From: Daphnia carinata
Lineage: Eukaryota
Direction of reading: 5' to 3'
Assembly: GCF_022539665.2 (NCBI RefSeq)
Contig: NC_081334.1
Location: 2,418,001 to 2,482,000, forward strand
DNA: 64,000 bases
A model generated the notes under the pieces. It worked only from the letters and a program-made list of their open reading frames with translations, made no database searches and was not told where the DNA came from. Of the stretch, positions 24,383 through 36,884 are shown piece by piece (positions within the stretch are counted from its first letter, which is position 1; every line of letters begins with the position of its first letter). The position numbers and the translations under genes were made by a program.

Positions 24383-24704
24383 CTTCTTCCTCTTCTCCAC
24401 GCCCGTCTTCACCTCGCCCGTCATCCCATCTTCGCTTCGCCTGTCGTCCCGCCTTTGCATCGCCCGTCGTCCCATCTTCGCCTCGCCCGTCGCCCCGTCT
24501 TCGCCGCGCCCGTCGCCTCGCCCGTCGCCCCGTCTTCGTCTCGCCCGTCGCCGCGTCTTCGCTCCGCCCGTCGCCCTGTCTTCACCCCGCCCGTCGTCCC
24601 GTCTACGCCTCGCCGGTCATCCCTTCTTCGCCTCGTGGTCGCCCCGCCTTCGCCTCGCCCGCCATCCCGTCTTCGCTTCGTGGTCGCCGCGTCTTCGCCT
24701 CGTC
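24383..24704 (+). repeat. GC-rich minisatellite, copy 2 (~140 bp shorter)
   Basis: Same units; the offset between duplicates shrinks by 139 bp across the array. Confidence 0.9.
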
Positions 24705-24743
24705 GTTTTGGTATTGTGTGTGTTTTGCAATGTTTATTCTTAA

Positions 24744-25062
24744 CTAACCCGTTGGCTGCCACCCACTTTTTATCCCCTTTTTTTTTGTAGCGTGACAGGG
24801 ACGGGCCACGCTGTTCTGCGCCATGGCTATCTGCCATGGGGTGGAGCAGCGCCACTGCCCAAGATTGGCCGAATGGCCCGCAAGGCAATGCACCGTTAGG
24901 GAATCCCTTTATCGAGACGGCGATGTAGACCTGGGATGTGCATTTCCGTAAAGGTCTCATCGCCGTTTCAGCCCGGACTGTCCTCAGTCCCCTTTGGTCG
25001 CTATCCTTTAGATAGCGATGTAGCTATAGTAGATAGTAGTGGCGTGGCAGCCAACGTGTTAG
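24744..25062. mobile_element. piggyBac-type MITE, copy 2
   Basis: Same TIRs with TTAA at 24740-43 and 25063-66. Confidence 0.85.
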
Positions 25063-28000
25063 TTAAGTGTATTTGTATGTATTGTATGTTGTATTATGTG
25101 GAATATGTATAGTGGTGGATTTGTGGGTGGAAGGAGGGAAAATAAAATGCTTTGTAATATTATTTGTTTAGTTGTTTAATTGACTGGTATGGGGATCGAA
25201 CCCAAGTATTCTAGCATGCTAAGCAATAGCTTTGCCATTATGCCATCTATAATTTGTTATTACCTTGATAGGCATTCCATAATAACCTAATGACGAACTT
25301 ATTTTAACATACGCATCAAAATCTAAACTAATGCATGTAAGGACAGTCATGGCGCAATGGTAGCGCGCCGTGCTGGAATACTATAGGTTTGTGGTTCAAA
25401 TCCCACATGAACGATGAATTAATGGGAACAACGCACCAAAGGTGGCATAAACAGAGGAGGAATAAGCAAACTAAATAAATAAAAGTTGATAAATGTATTG
25501 TGTGAAGACAGCGGACAATGGAAGAACAAATTTTGCAAAACATATTTTGTAAAAAAAATTTTATTGACAATTCTCTGCACATTAGAATTATTTTTGCAAC
25601 TTTAAAAAGGCACAATAGCCCTTTCAAAAATTGCCGTCAACCCAGGCAGGGGGAGACACTGCCTTGTTGACCCACCGGGGAGATTACCCGGTGATTGGCT
25701 AAGAGAAGCCGGAAGAAGAGCTGAAGATTTGGAACATTTTTACAGGAGCGATTAACCTTTACTTCGGATTTGTGGGCAGCCACATCGCCCTCCGTGAACA
25801 CATCATCGGACTAAGCGGACACCCCACGTCCCCTTTCCGGCCAGAGCCCTCCAAACCTCGGTATATGTTGTTTTTAAATATACCGTACAGTAGGGGCATG
25901 ACCCCCTACGGGCTTATTATGAGTCAAGGGGAAACGGGGCTACGGAAAGGAAGGGAGCCCAGATATACACTTCAATTTTTTAAACATTAAATACCGTTTT
26001 TAAATGAGCATGTCAATAAAGTATGGAAATTCCATGTAGTGTATCCAATCATAATGCTTCATTCAGTACGTTGCCCCAAACAAGGAACCTTTTCAGTCTG
26101 TAGGAGTTAACCTTCCTCAACTCCATTTCGTTGTAGAGAAAGTTGCCCTTTAGAAAAACAATTCAAGAATTAAATGAACGGGTATTTTAGATATATTAGA
26201 TATCTTACCATTTAACGCCATCAATGAAAAGTGTTATCAGTGCCTACAACGAATGACTAGGTGTAAGCATCTATTTGCGCTAGCGAAAAAAATACAGCCG
26301 CCACAGGATGGTGGACTAAACTTGTCTCACGCCCGACATGGCGTGACCGGAGAACTCCCGTCATGAATTGCTTCCTGTTTTGCACTGCGTGCGAAAAAAG
26401 ACTAGATTTTAGCAAGGAAATGAAAAACTACATTCAATTCAATACACGGTCTTCATAAACATAGTGAAATCACAACGTTTAGTTCTGCATATGCAATTTC
26501 GAATGTTTACCTTGCATCATATTAATAGGCAATATATTTTTTGTCTTCATAACATACCAAACCGTTATTTCTTACAAAAATTTGAACTCTTTTTCGTTTT
26601 TCTTTGCTCAGCAATAAAAAGAACGTAATAACCTGAAGTAAATTGTTTACAAACTGTTACCGTCACGGATTACATGTGGCCAGAAAACCAATTTTTGTGC
26701 AGAGTTACTTCTACATAAATCCATATGCTAATCACTAAAAAAGTAGGCAAAAAACTACAGGCTTACATTTTAAAGTCCAATTATCTTTTACGCTTCATAA
26801 AAGGTATGTCATACCAATAAGAAGCAAAAAAAAAACCTAACTTACATCGTTCATCCACGACACAAATGTAATTGCCGAAAAAAAAAGCAAGGTGACTAAG
26901 ATAGGTAGCCATCTGGCGTTGACAGCACAAACCATAAGAATTTTACCAAGAAAAGTTAACAGTAAGAGATTTAAGGCATTTTCTAAAACGCTTTTACCTT
27001 CCGAATCTGTAAATGAAGTGATTTTCCCGCGAAGGTGGTCCCCTAAAGTAGCGGAGGAACGACGTCTTCCTTCAGCACAGCGGTCATTTCTAGATAAATC
27101 CATCACTATCCTGATTCCTTCACTAAAAAAATAGACAAGAAGCCACAGGCTTTCATTTTATACAATTAATTGTACTTTACACTTCATTAAAGCTATATTA
27201 TTGAAAAAACAAACAAAAAAAAAACAGAAAATTAACTTACATAATTGATCCACGACTCGAAATGCAAAGGCGGGAAAAAAGCAACGTGAACCATCAGAGG
27301 CAAGCGAGGTGACTTACATTGGTAGCCATCTGGAGTTGACGGAAAAACCTATAAGAGTTTTACCAAGAAAGGTTAACATCACCACATCAAAGAGATTTTC
27401 TACAACGATTTTACCTAGGAATCTGTAAATGATGTAATTTTTCCGCGACGATGGTCGCCCAACGAACGATGTCTTCCTATAACCTTTTCATGGTAACGAA
27501 ATAAATTAAAAAAACAGTGTTCAAGCAACCTGTGGGTACCTTTTTTGTTTGTCGCATGTCGGGAAGACGCACATTATGTTATTTTGTAAGTCTTTTGGCT
27601 GTAGTTAGATCCAGTTCCTTTTGAGTTTTACACCAACAACACATCGTCACAAGGAACAAAATTAGAAGGCAACAAATTTCCGAAACCAAAAAAACCTTTG
27701 TTCAAGATCAAATTCTTCCAGAGCTTCGTTTTTGCTGATTGCGAATTTGTTTGAATCCTTTCTTATTCTGTTCTTCAGCTTTGCAAGACGTTAAGGTCCA
27801 TTCTTGAATGCTAATGAAAAATCCCCATATGAGGAAATCGGCGTAGGCGAAATGGCAGATGCCACGGCGATGCCCTCATTTACGTACTACATTGTCATCT
27901 GCCAGCGCCTTTCTTCATTCCGGTCATTATTGGGGCTTGCATCAGGAACTAAATGGTCTTCGTTCGGATTTTCAAGTTCTCCTCTCCCGGGTTTCGGCAC

Positions 28001-29598
28001 ATTTACTGGTTGTTCATTCCACAACTGTATTCCATCCTTCCAGACCTAGTTAAGACGAAATTGAAAAAACAAACAACTGTAACATCATCTTAAAAGCAAA
28101 AAAATACAAGAACAAATCAATCGAACTTGAAATCAATTTTTAAGAATAGTTGTTTTTTTGCGCAGAAAGCGCTTGCCTCATTCAGGATATCACAGACACC
28201 CTTGTTTATGTCAAGACTTTGATTTTGGAAAAAAATTCTGAACCTTTGGCTAGGCAGTTGCAACAACCTCATCTTCTAGGGACTAGCTGTATAATTCATA
28301 ACATCTCCAACATAAATGTGTGGATTGTATTGATGCAAATTTGCATACTTGCTCTAGCGTGACAGAAATTCATCAACACAAAGTAACCTGTAGAGGAAAA
28401 AGATTATCATGAGACGGAGACAAACAAGGATGTTAACATTACCACAAGAACTACAATCTTTCAAACATTCAAGTTTTAAACATCTCAAAAGCTATCAAAT
28501 ATACAGTCTAAATGATGTTAACAAGACCTCTGAAAATCAAGAATTTACAAGTGATTTTTTTGAACAAAGTGGATTAAAACCCATCCTTCGAGAAATCCAG
28601 TAGCTGGTATTACCTCTAAATGCATTTTCAGTATCTAATACTCTCGACTGGATTAATTCTATCCACTGCAAACAGATGCACCTGCCAAACAAACGGTGAA
28701 CAAGAAAGGGCTAATAACTGTACGATAAACTGAAAAAAAAAAAAAAAACACTACACTACCTACACTACCTACACTACACTATACTACATATATATACACT
28801 ACACTATCCTACCACGTGCACGGCACAACTGAAGTAATCGACACTTCCAGACGGTTACCTAGCAGTTAAATATTTCCTCACTAGATGTCTTGATATATCA
28901 ATATTGCCAGGATGCCACAATTATTCATCCGTTTTTCCCTTTTGCTTAAAAAACTATAAGCTCACCATTAAAATAAGCTAAATTTTCGTGATTGCCGATC
29001 AATTTTTAATCGAAATAATGTATTTTTAGCTAAATCTAAAATTTAGCCAAAATTGAAAAAGTGAGAAGGGTATAGCCTTCTCATTTTCATGAAAATCTTC
29101 AAAAATCGACATCTCTTAAAATTCAATAAAAAAACACACTGCATGCCTAAAACTGAATGCTGATTCTGGCTGTATTATTAGTTTTCTCGCTAGTTATGTC
29201 ATTTTTGAAAAAACACAGTCGTAGCAATAATAGCGCAAGGCAACAAAAGTTCTTGGCCTTCGACCTAATTTCTACGTGCTGCCATCTAGTGCACAAAAAA
29301 TTTAGGTTAGTTATTTACAATTTACAAATACAAAGTTAGTTATTTTTAAAGTCCTATAAGCGCTCTTTATACGTTTATTTCGTTGATAAATAAGGAGAAC
29401 ACCGCTACATAGCAGTAGCCTATTACGTTGGACGCTTTGATGAGGCAATATTGTATTACTACTCTACAATTATATTTTCTTCCTTTTTTCCCCCCGTTTT
29501 TTAGTTGGAACTATTGCTTGGTCAGCGCGCTATTTATTCTAGGTATTTGCATGCGAATTAACCGATGTATTGATATTGAACGAGGCAATGACGACGGC

Positions 29599-31014
29599 CT
29601 AGGGAAGACAGCCGACACAAGGAGCAGTTGGGACGACTAGGACGGTAGTAGTTTCAGGTGGACTTCCGCAGTTTATGCATGGTGCTGTAGGAACCATTGG
29701 CGCGACTGTGGTGGTTGTGGGGGGCTCGCAGTTCACACATGGAGCGGTCGGGACCACTATCGTGGTGGTAGTTGTTGGTGGAGTCTCGCAATTCAAACAG
29801 GGAGCGGTCGGAACAACGATGGTAGTAGTGGTAGGTGGTACAGTAGTAGACGTGATCGATGGTGTCGTTTTTGTAGTGGCAGTAGGAATTGGCTGCTGTC
29901 CTCCGACGACATTGAGCCAATAGTAATAGACAGATAATCGAGTAAAAATGCTTGGAACATAAGGAGCCCCGCAGCCTTGGTTTTTGGACATAATCCCCAC
30001 TGCAATACCATTTTGAACCAATGGAGATCCTTCGTCATATTGGCACGGACTCGAGACATCTTTGAATAAAGTTTGTTTTTAATAAATGAAATTTTAATGC
30101 AATGCAAAAAGCAAAAATTATTACCGCTGCCTGCGCAAATCATGTAGTTATTGTTGAATTCTATCGAACCGTAGCTTAAGCAATCAGCTGGCATTGCGAG
30201 CTCTGTCTTACGGAGCTTCGTAACTTCTATGCCATCCGCCTATTTCAACATCGTACCAATAATAATATCACGCAACTCTTACAGCAAAAAGAAAAAAATT
30301 AATTATTCTTCAAAATCTAACCGTTGTTGCTCCCCATCCCATGGTAATGGCTGTATTTATTGTTTCATCCACTTCGTCGTACCGGATGGCCTGCACGGCA
30401 GTGCCGAACACTACAGGCCTATTAAGCTAAAGATATACCAAGCATTTGATGTAAACCATAAATTAAAGCTTGATATGAAAAATGTTATGGCATACTTACG
30501 GATATTAAGGCGATGTCGTTCATTTTGGTTAGCGGGTCATAATCATCGTTGATGGAAATGGACGACACTGCGATAACTTGCTGTTGAGCGGAGGGTTGCA
30601 CAAAGCTTACGATGCCCACAACAACAACCAACTGATTAGGTGAAAGCCTACACTCGCATCAAATAAGAATTCAAGGATAGAAAGAAAACGTTAATACAAG
30701 CCATCATTCGAAAACGACTATGGTTGGCAATAGAAATCACCCGTTGACACAGGAGGCTGTTGTTACAATCCATCGTTCATTGTAGATAAAACCACTGCAA
30801 ATGTGGCGACGATCAAGCTGAATGGAAGCGATGTAGGGGAACTCGCCTTCAACTGCCAGACTTCCTCCCGCGATGCGGTCAGAGATATCTTGCGGAGCTC
30901 CTTCACGTTTGGGACAATAGAAAATGTCAGAAATCGTTTAGGGCTACCTGGAGGATTGAGGAACATACCTGTGGCGAATGCGATCAAGAGTGAAAATATT
31001 AAAATGTTCCTCAT
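29599..31014 (-). CDS. Secreted trypsin-like serine protease homolog (non-catalytic), copy 2
   Basis: Same exon structure as copy 1, with an intact GTATGT donor and four PTAPCxxC repeats ending PTAPCVGCLP*. Confidence 0.9.
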
Positions 31015-34000
31015 AACTGGAGCTTGACTGCTGGTTCTGCTGATGACGGACAACTGATTGCTTCTCCTATTTTACACGTTACTAGTGTACATCTTCGTCG
31101 TGATAAAAATGCAGACGGATAGTGATTTTGAAATCAAAGACTATCGTTCTACTGCCCCCTCCCGTTCTTTCGATAAGCCAAAAATTATGAACATAAAGGA
31201 ATATAATGGCTTTAGAAAGTTCAAGAATTTTACGAGCATTTTTTAATTCATGGTTTATTAAACTAACGCAAGACCATATAAAACTCTAGCAGTTTTCCTC
31301 AATGGTTTGCAAGCGAAGGCCAGGTAATTATTGTTCACGTCACTGATCATATCTTGATGACCTTTTCAGTTAACCACATAAAGAATTAAAATGACAAATA
31401 AGTAATCATCGTGCTTGACAATTAGCCTTCTTCCGCAGATGTAACACTCTCCGGAATAGCTTAAAGTATAATACTCGTAAAGCAATAAAAGTTCCAGCTT
31501 GCTGAAAACAAGATTCAATTAATAATGCAATCGTTTTACTACTATAAAACAAACAAGAATAAGGGAGCTTTGGATTCCCGTGTGTGTGTACAGTAGGCAT
31601 ACCGTGACTGGCCACAATGCAACCTTCATGAGCTATCGTCAGCCGGATAGATCAACTTGTCAATCAATCGCTTATTTGCTTCGCTTCCCTGGTCAGGTTG
31701 AATGCACACGGGGGAAAAAAAGAAGCATTCGGCTGTTTACGTCAGTGAGGTATTAGAGATCCACTCAAGCTCTCCATCGTGCAAGTACACCCTTTTCTAC
31801 TTAAGCCTGTCAAATTTTGTCGCAATGACATGAATGATGCGACGCATACTGCAAGATAAGGGGATTTTCTTTTGTTTTTGTCGTCTTCTTCATTTATGAG
31901 TGATGCTCATCACTGTCAATGATTGCTTTGCTCACTACTGCTGATAAATCGACAGGCGACAAAAGTTCATTGCAATACCAGGTGCAGAGTTTCAAGCTTG
32001 TAGCCCACGTCTTTTATTTTCTATTTTCTTTAAGCCGTTTCAGCAAAGAATAATAGGATGTAGTTGCATGTTTCGGTTTGCTGACATAGCCGGAAGTGCA
32101 GCAATAAAGCCCAATGAACTTGAGAGGGTCAGATTATTTGTCCGGCGGATCAACGGAGGGTTATATATCTTGATAAACAAAGAGATTCCTTGCAGGGCTG
32201 TTTACATGGGGAAGTCAAAGGAAGAAAGCGCTCCTGTCGGCACAGTCTCTTTCGTTATACGATGATGGAGATCATAACAATCATTACAGTTTACAACAAT
32301 CAAATTAACTCAAAACCAGTGACGTCGTGTAGACAATAGATAAAATTCCAAGAATAAGATTACCATATAATAGAAGCGGTTACTTATTACATAAGTTTCC
32401 TGTCTCGAATTCCTCGAATTTCTTTGGTCCAGTTGTCCGTCTTTTTTTGCTGACGATGGTCTGATGCTTCTTCTTCTTCATTCCACCCCCTTTTCTTTCT
32501 TTTTCCGTATAGCCAACGTTTCAGAGCGGTAGCCAAAACGTTTTAGATGCAAATGCACTGCTAGCGTCGATGGAACCATCATTGGGTTCCGTCTTCCTTT
32601 TATTTATTGGCTAGTTTTGTTATGGAATTTCAATACGCATATAGTGCAGTGTCAGTGTACCCAATTGCTTCTTCCTCAAGAACATTCAAATGACGACCTA
32701 CCAGGCGTGAAACGAGTACACCCAAATGTCAACGTATGTTTTCTCTTTTTACCTGACACGATAAGCTCAAGTGAACTGTCAATTAACCCGCGATTGTCTT
32801 ATTAAAACAAATATCCATAGATGACTCTTTGATCAGTTGGCAGTTATCGACTGTAAAAAAAACAAAAAAAAAACTGGTGGCGATAACGTAAGAAGCCCTC
32901 GTATTTGAATTAAGTTACGAAATGTAGGTGCTATTTAATCAGTGAGTGACGTAACTCACAGTTTTGCATTACTCGTGTTGCACCGTCTTAGGTATAACTG
33001 CCTCACCATAGTTTTTAATTCCCCATTCGCTACATTCTTGCCCTAGTGTGAGCGGGTATGTATACGATATCTGAGATGCCAATCGTAAGTTTTGATTTTA
33101 CATACAAAGGTCAATAATGAGTTGAACAAACAAAAAACTAGAGTGACCGTCGTCGTTGATTTCGCTCCACGTTCTTTTGGGAATCGCATCGTTAAGTATC
33201 TCATAATTCCTCGAGTTGAAACACATACAGACCTCATCGATCGATGGGCCGTCCTGTAATAAAGTGTTGTATTGCAGCAAGGAATGTATCTTTCAGTTTC
33301 CTTTTTCATCCATTCTTTTCTTCTGGTCTTCATCTATTTGTTCTCTTTCGAACCCATTCGCCCCGTGTGCCGTAGTGACGGTGGCCACTGATCTATTTTT
33401 AATACAAATCAAGTCTTCACGGTCTGCGGGAGCGTTCTAGATTTTTGCCGTAGTCCTTCGAAAATCCAAAGTCAATGTGATTGTAACCAACTGGGGCTAG
33501 AGGAAGGCAATGGGATCACCGACTTGCGTGAAAATCTAAAAGGCTTGCAGACTTGAAACACTTGCAGCTCATCAGGTTTTTACTAAAAGCTCATCGTATG
33601 CAGTAGGAACGCCTCGCATAGATTCACTTGTCACCTTATTAGAAACGCGATATTTATCTAACAAGATTATTTTGTATGTTTACGTTTTAGACCTAGAAAA
33701 CTTGTTCAGACCATACGACCTTACGCGTAGCTCAACTTCGACAGGCACGTTCTGTTGTAAGCGAAAAGATCTCAAGCTTAACAAATTCAACAGATATAGC
33801 CACATGTGATAGCATAAACAAGCTCGATAATCAAGGAGAAATCGAAATTTTTGTACTTATCCAACTATACATACCCTTTCAATCAAGTTTTAGTTGCTTT
33901 GCATTTTCGGAATGGGTTTGTACTAATCCCATTGTCGTGCAACATCTTTCCCCAATTTCTTTGGCCTAGGCCTAGTTCAAACTAGATATTAAATGTTCGG

Positions 34001-35316
34001 CATTCAAGCGCTAGGAGTGTAACTGGTTTAAAATCCTTGGCGTCGCACAACAACGTTCTTCGTTCTATCCCGCAATTGGAAAGGCTCTTGCCTACCATTG
34101 GCTGTTGGTGATGCAATGTGTCAAGCGGGTCGTTGCGCCACCAACAATTTTATCTTGTAAATGGATCATGTATAGGTGCGGCTAATCCCGCGCTACGGGT
34201 CCTATTAAATATGAACAAAAAAGTGAGAGACGGACCTGGTTAACTCTGCATACTTTATAATACTATACTACTTGACGGAGTGATAAGAAATCACATGCGG
34301 GACGAGCATCGGTACCGTGGCGATATTGAAATCACGAGCTTTTACATTAGCCTGTTTACGGTTCGCCAGCGTACGCAACAGAGCATTAATGATATCTGAC
34401 CCCAATGTTGAACGAAAAAAAAATAAGGAAAAAAAATTGTTACGAGTTTCCCCATCGTTGCAATCTTGACACAAAAAAAAATCTCTTGTGTATGAACTCT
34501 TCCTCTCGCCAAAACTACACGCGTGACACACAGGAAAGACTGTGGCAAGATGGTTATTCATAGATCTCGTAAAGGCAGCTTGAATCGTACTATTTTTAGT
34601 AGTTTTTCTTTTTTTTTCCCCCTTTTTCGCTCTTAAAACTCAAAATCTTTGCCCAATAAGAACAAAATGATGTTGGCCAAAACTAACGGACCAAACACAC
34701 TTTTGCATTTTTATTAGCTCTTCTTTTTCTTTTTCGTCTAGCGTGATCATTCATCAATCACCTCATTTTTTTCGCTAGTAATAATGGAAAGCAGGAGCCA
34801 TTTTTTTTTCCTTTTCGTGAATATGATATAGTAGATTTTTCCGTGATCGTTTTAGAGACGGACGCATGCTGATCCACGAATCAAGTGCGCAGGACTGCAG
34901 GCATCGCGTTTATCGCGCACAATAGCCGGCTAAGGGCGGGGACGTTGGGACGTTGTGCGCCGCCGCGAACAGCGATAGAAGAAAGTGCACCAACGTCTGC
35001 GTGCACCGCTAGGGAACAGGAGAAGTAGATTGCGCGGGCCAGTTGGCTGCCGAAAGCTGATCTTTCCCGAGACGAGACGTCGTGAGCTTCCGTTGCAGTT
35101 CATACTGTGAGTGTGAATCGATTTTCGACCATCTTTCTTCTGTCGTTTGTTAGTGCAAACGTTCTGTTTATTTTTTTCGTTTGAAATTCACATTTGATAA
35201 GTTGTGCTGATGGTTTGTTTCGTCTTTTTTTTACTGTTCAGGTGTACCCGTCATCTAAACGGAGCCTTAACTCGGTGAGGATTTCAAGTCTCTAAAACAC
35301 ATTTTCATCGTTCATC

Positions 35317-36884
35317 ATGGCTGATAAGAAAACTGACGAGCCCTACAAACGACCGCAAACTCTCACTCGTTGCGAACAGATCACCCATTTTCTGTACAAC
35401 AGTGAAACTCACGAGGTTCTCGGCCGCACGGCGAAGAGTTGGTGTAAGTTAAATTCTTTTATTAGGTGTCCTGATTTTCGGGGGGGGGGGGGGAGAGCCT
35501 TATTATCATCAGTCATGTGGCTGGAATTCCCAGTGTGTGAAATACGCACCCTTCAAAAACTAGGTTTGATTTGAACAGATAAGAAAATCTAGCCATACTA
35601 CAATAACATAACTGTGGAATCGATTAAACTTTAGATTTGATTTGTTTCATCTGAGTTCTAATTGATTTTTCCTGCATGACCGTGCAGTTCAAATCGCGGT
35701 GTTTTACGTTGTTCTCTACGCGTTCTTGGCTGGATTTTTCATCGCCCTTCTCACCGTCTTCTATCAGACTTTGAACGATCACGAGCCAAAATGGACGATG
35801 GCTAACAGCTTGATCGGGAACAGCCCTGGTGAGTCTATAAAGTTATCCCCTATTGTTTGGGTTTCCGTGAGCGTGTGGACTCTGCCGACATCTGGTGATA
35901 CTATAGAACAGCTCTCATAACATCTCCTTTGAAATTACCAGGAATGGGATACAGGCCGACTCACGCTGATCCCGACGTCACAGTCATCTCGTTCAACGCA
36001 AAGGATCCTAAATACTGGTCTGATCGAGTTGATGATTTCCTGGGCCGTGAGTGATTCATTTCTCATTCAAAAATTGATAAAAAAAAATAAACATTTTCAT
36101 TGGGCCAGCTTATTACACGAGTGCACCCAAAGCCGACGCCTACGCTGATTGCAATTATGGAACTCCGAGCGCTGACCCAGTAACGCCATGCAGCTTCAAA
36201 GTCGATCTAAATAAATGCGCTCAAAACGACTACGGTTTCGGAGTGAACAAGCCCTGTCTTTTCCTGAAACCAAACAAGGTATATCTGAGCATTCGCTGTA
36301 CTGTCCCAAAAATTTTAATTAAACTCGTCTTTTTTTTCTTCAAGATCTTCGGTTTTACTCCGGTTCCCTACACCAAAGAGGAAATCGAGTCCGACGAACT
36401 TCAGATGCCAGCCAACTTGCAGGCTGCAATTCTCAAACTCCCAACTGACGTGGTACGTATTACCTCACATGTTCTGAAGTTCAATGACGACCTTACTCTT
36501 AAACGTATGGATATCTTGTTCAAAGATCGAGAAAAACATTTGGGTCTCGTGTATGGAAATGGAAAACATGAACGTCACGTTGGAATACGACACACACATT
36601 GGGTTCCCGACTTTCTATTTCCCTTATGCCAATCAGGCGGGATATCTGACACCATTCGTAGCTATGCAAATCGACAATTTACCAGGCAACGTCATAATTT
36701 ATCAGCGTCGTCTATATTTGTCCATACTGACTGATACTTTCCTTTTCTTTTCTGAATTCTAAATCCACGCCTAACAGTGGGTGTTACAGTTAAGATCAGC
36801 TGCCGTCTGTGGGCCAAGAACATCGTCGTAGATCGCCAACGCCGGTTGGGCATGACCAATCTGGAGATTTTGTCCAATGCATAA
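35317..36884 (+). CDS. Na+/K+-ATPase beta subunit (nervana family)
   Basis: FLYNSETHEVLGRTAKSW, TM segment FYVVLYAFLAGFFIALL, SPGMGYRP, YGF..KPCLFLKPNKIFGFTP, IWVSC, GFP.FYFPY, ISCRLWAKNI. Specific paralogue not assigned. Confidence 0.95.

Larger units (their letters stand above)
20421..29271. mobile_element. Composite transposon block, copy 2
   Basis: Near-identical to 6891-15828. Confidence 0.4.
20354..33537 (+). repeat. Tandem segmental duplication, unit 2 (~13.2 kb)
   Basis: Begins tctttattttatctg as at 6824 and ends gtgaaaatct as at 20347-20356. Confidence 0.97.
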
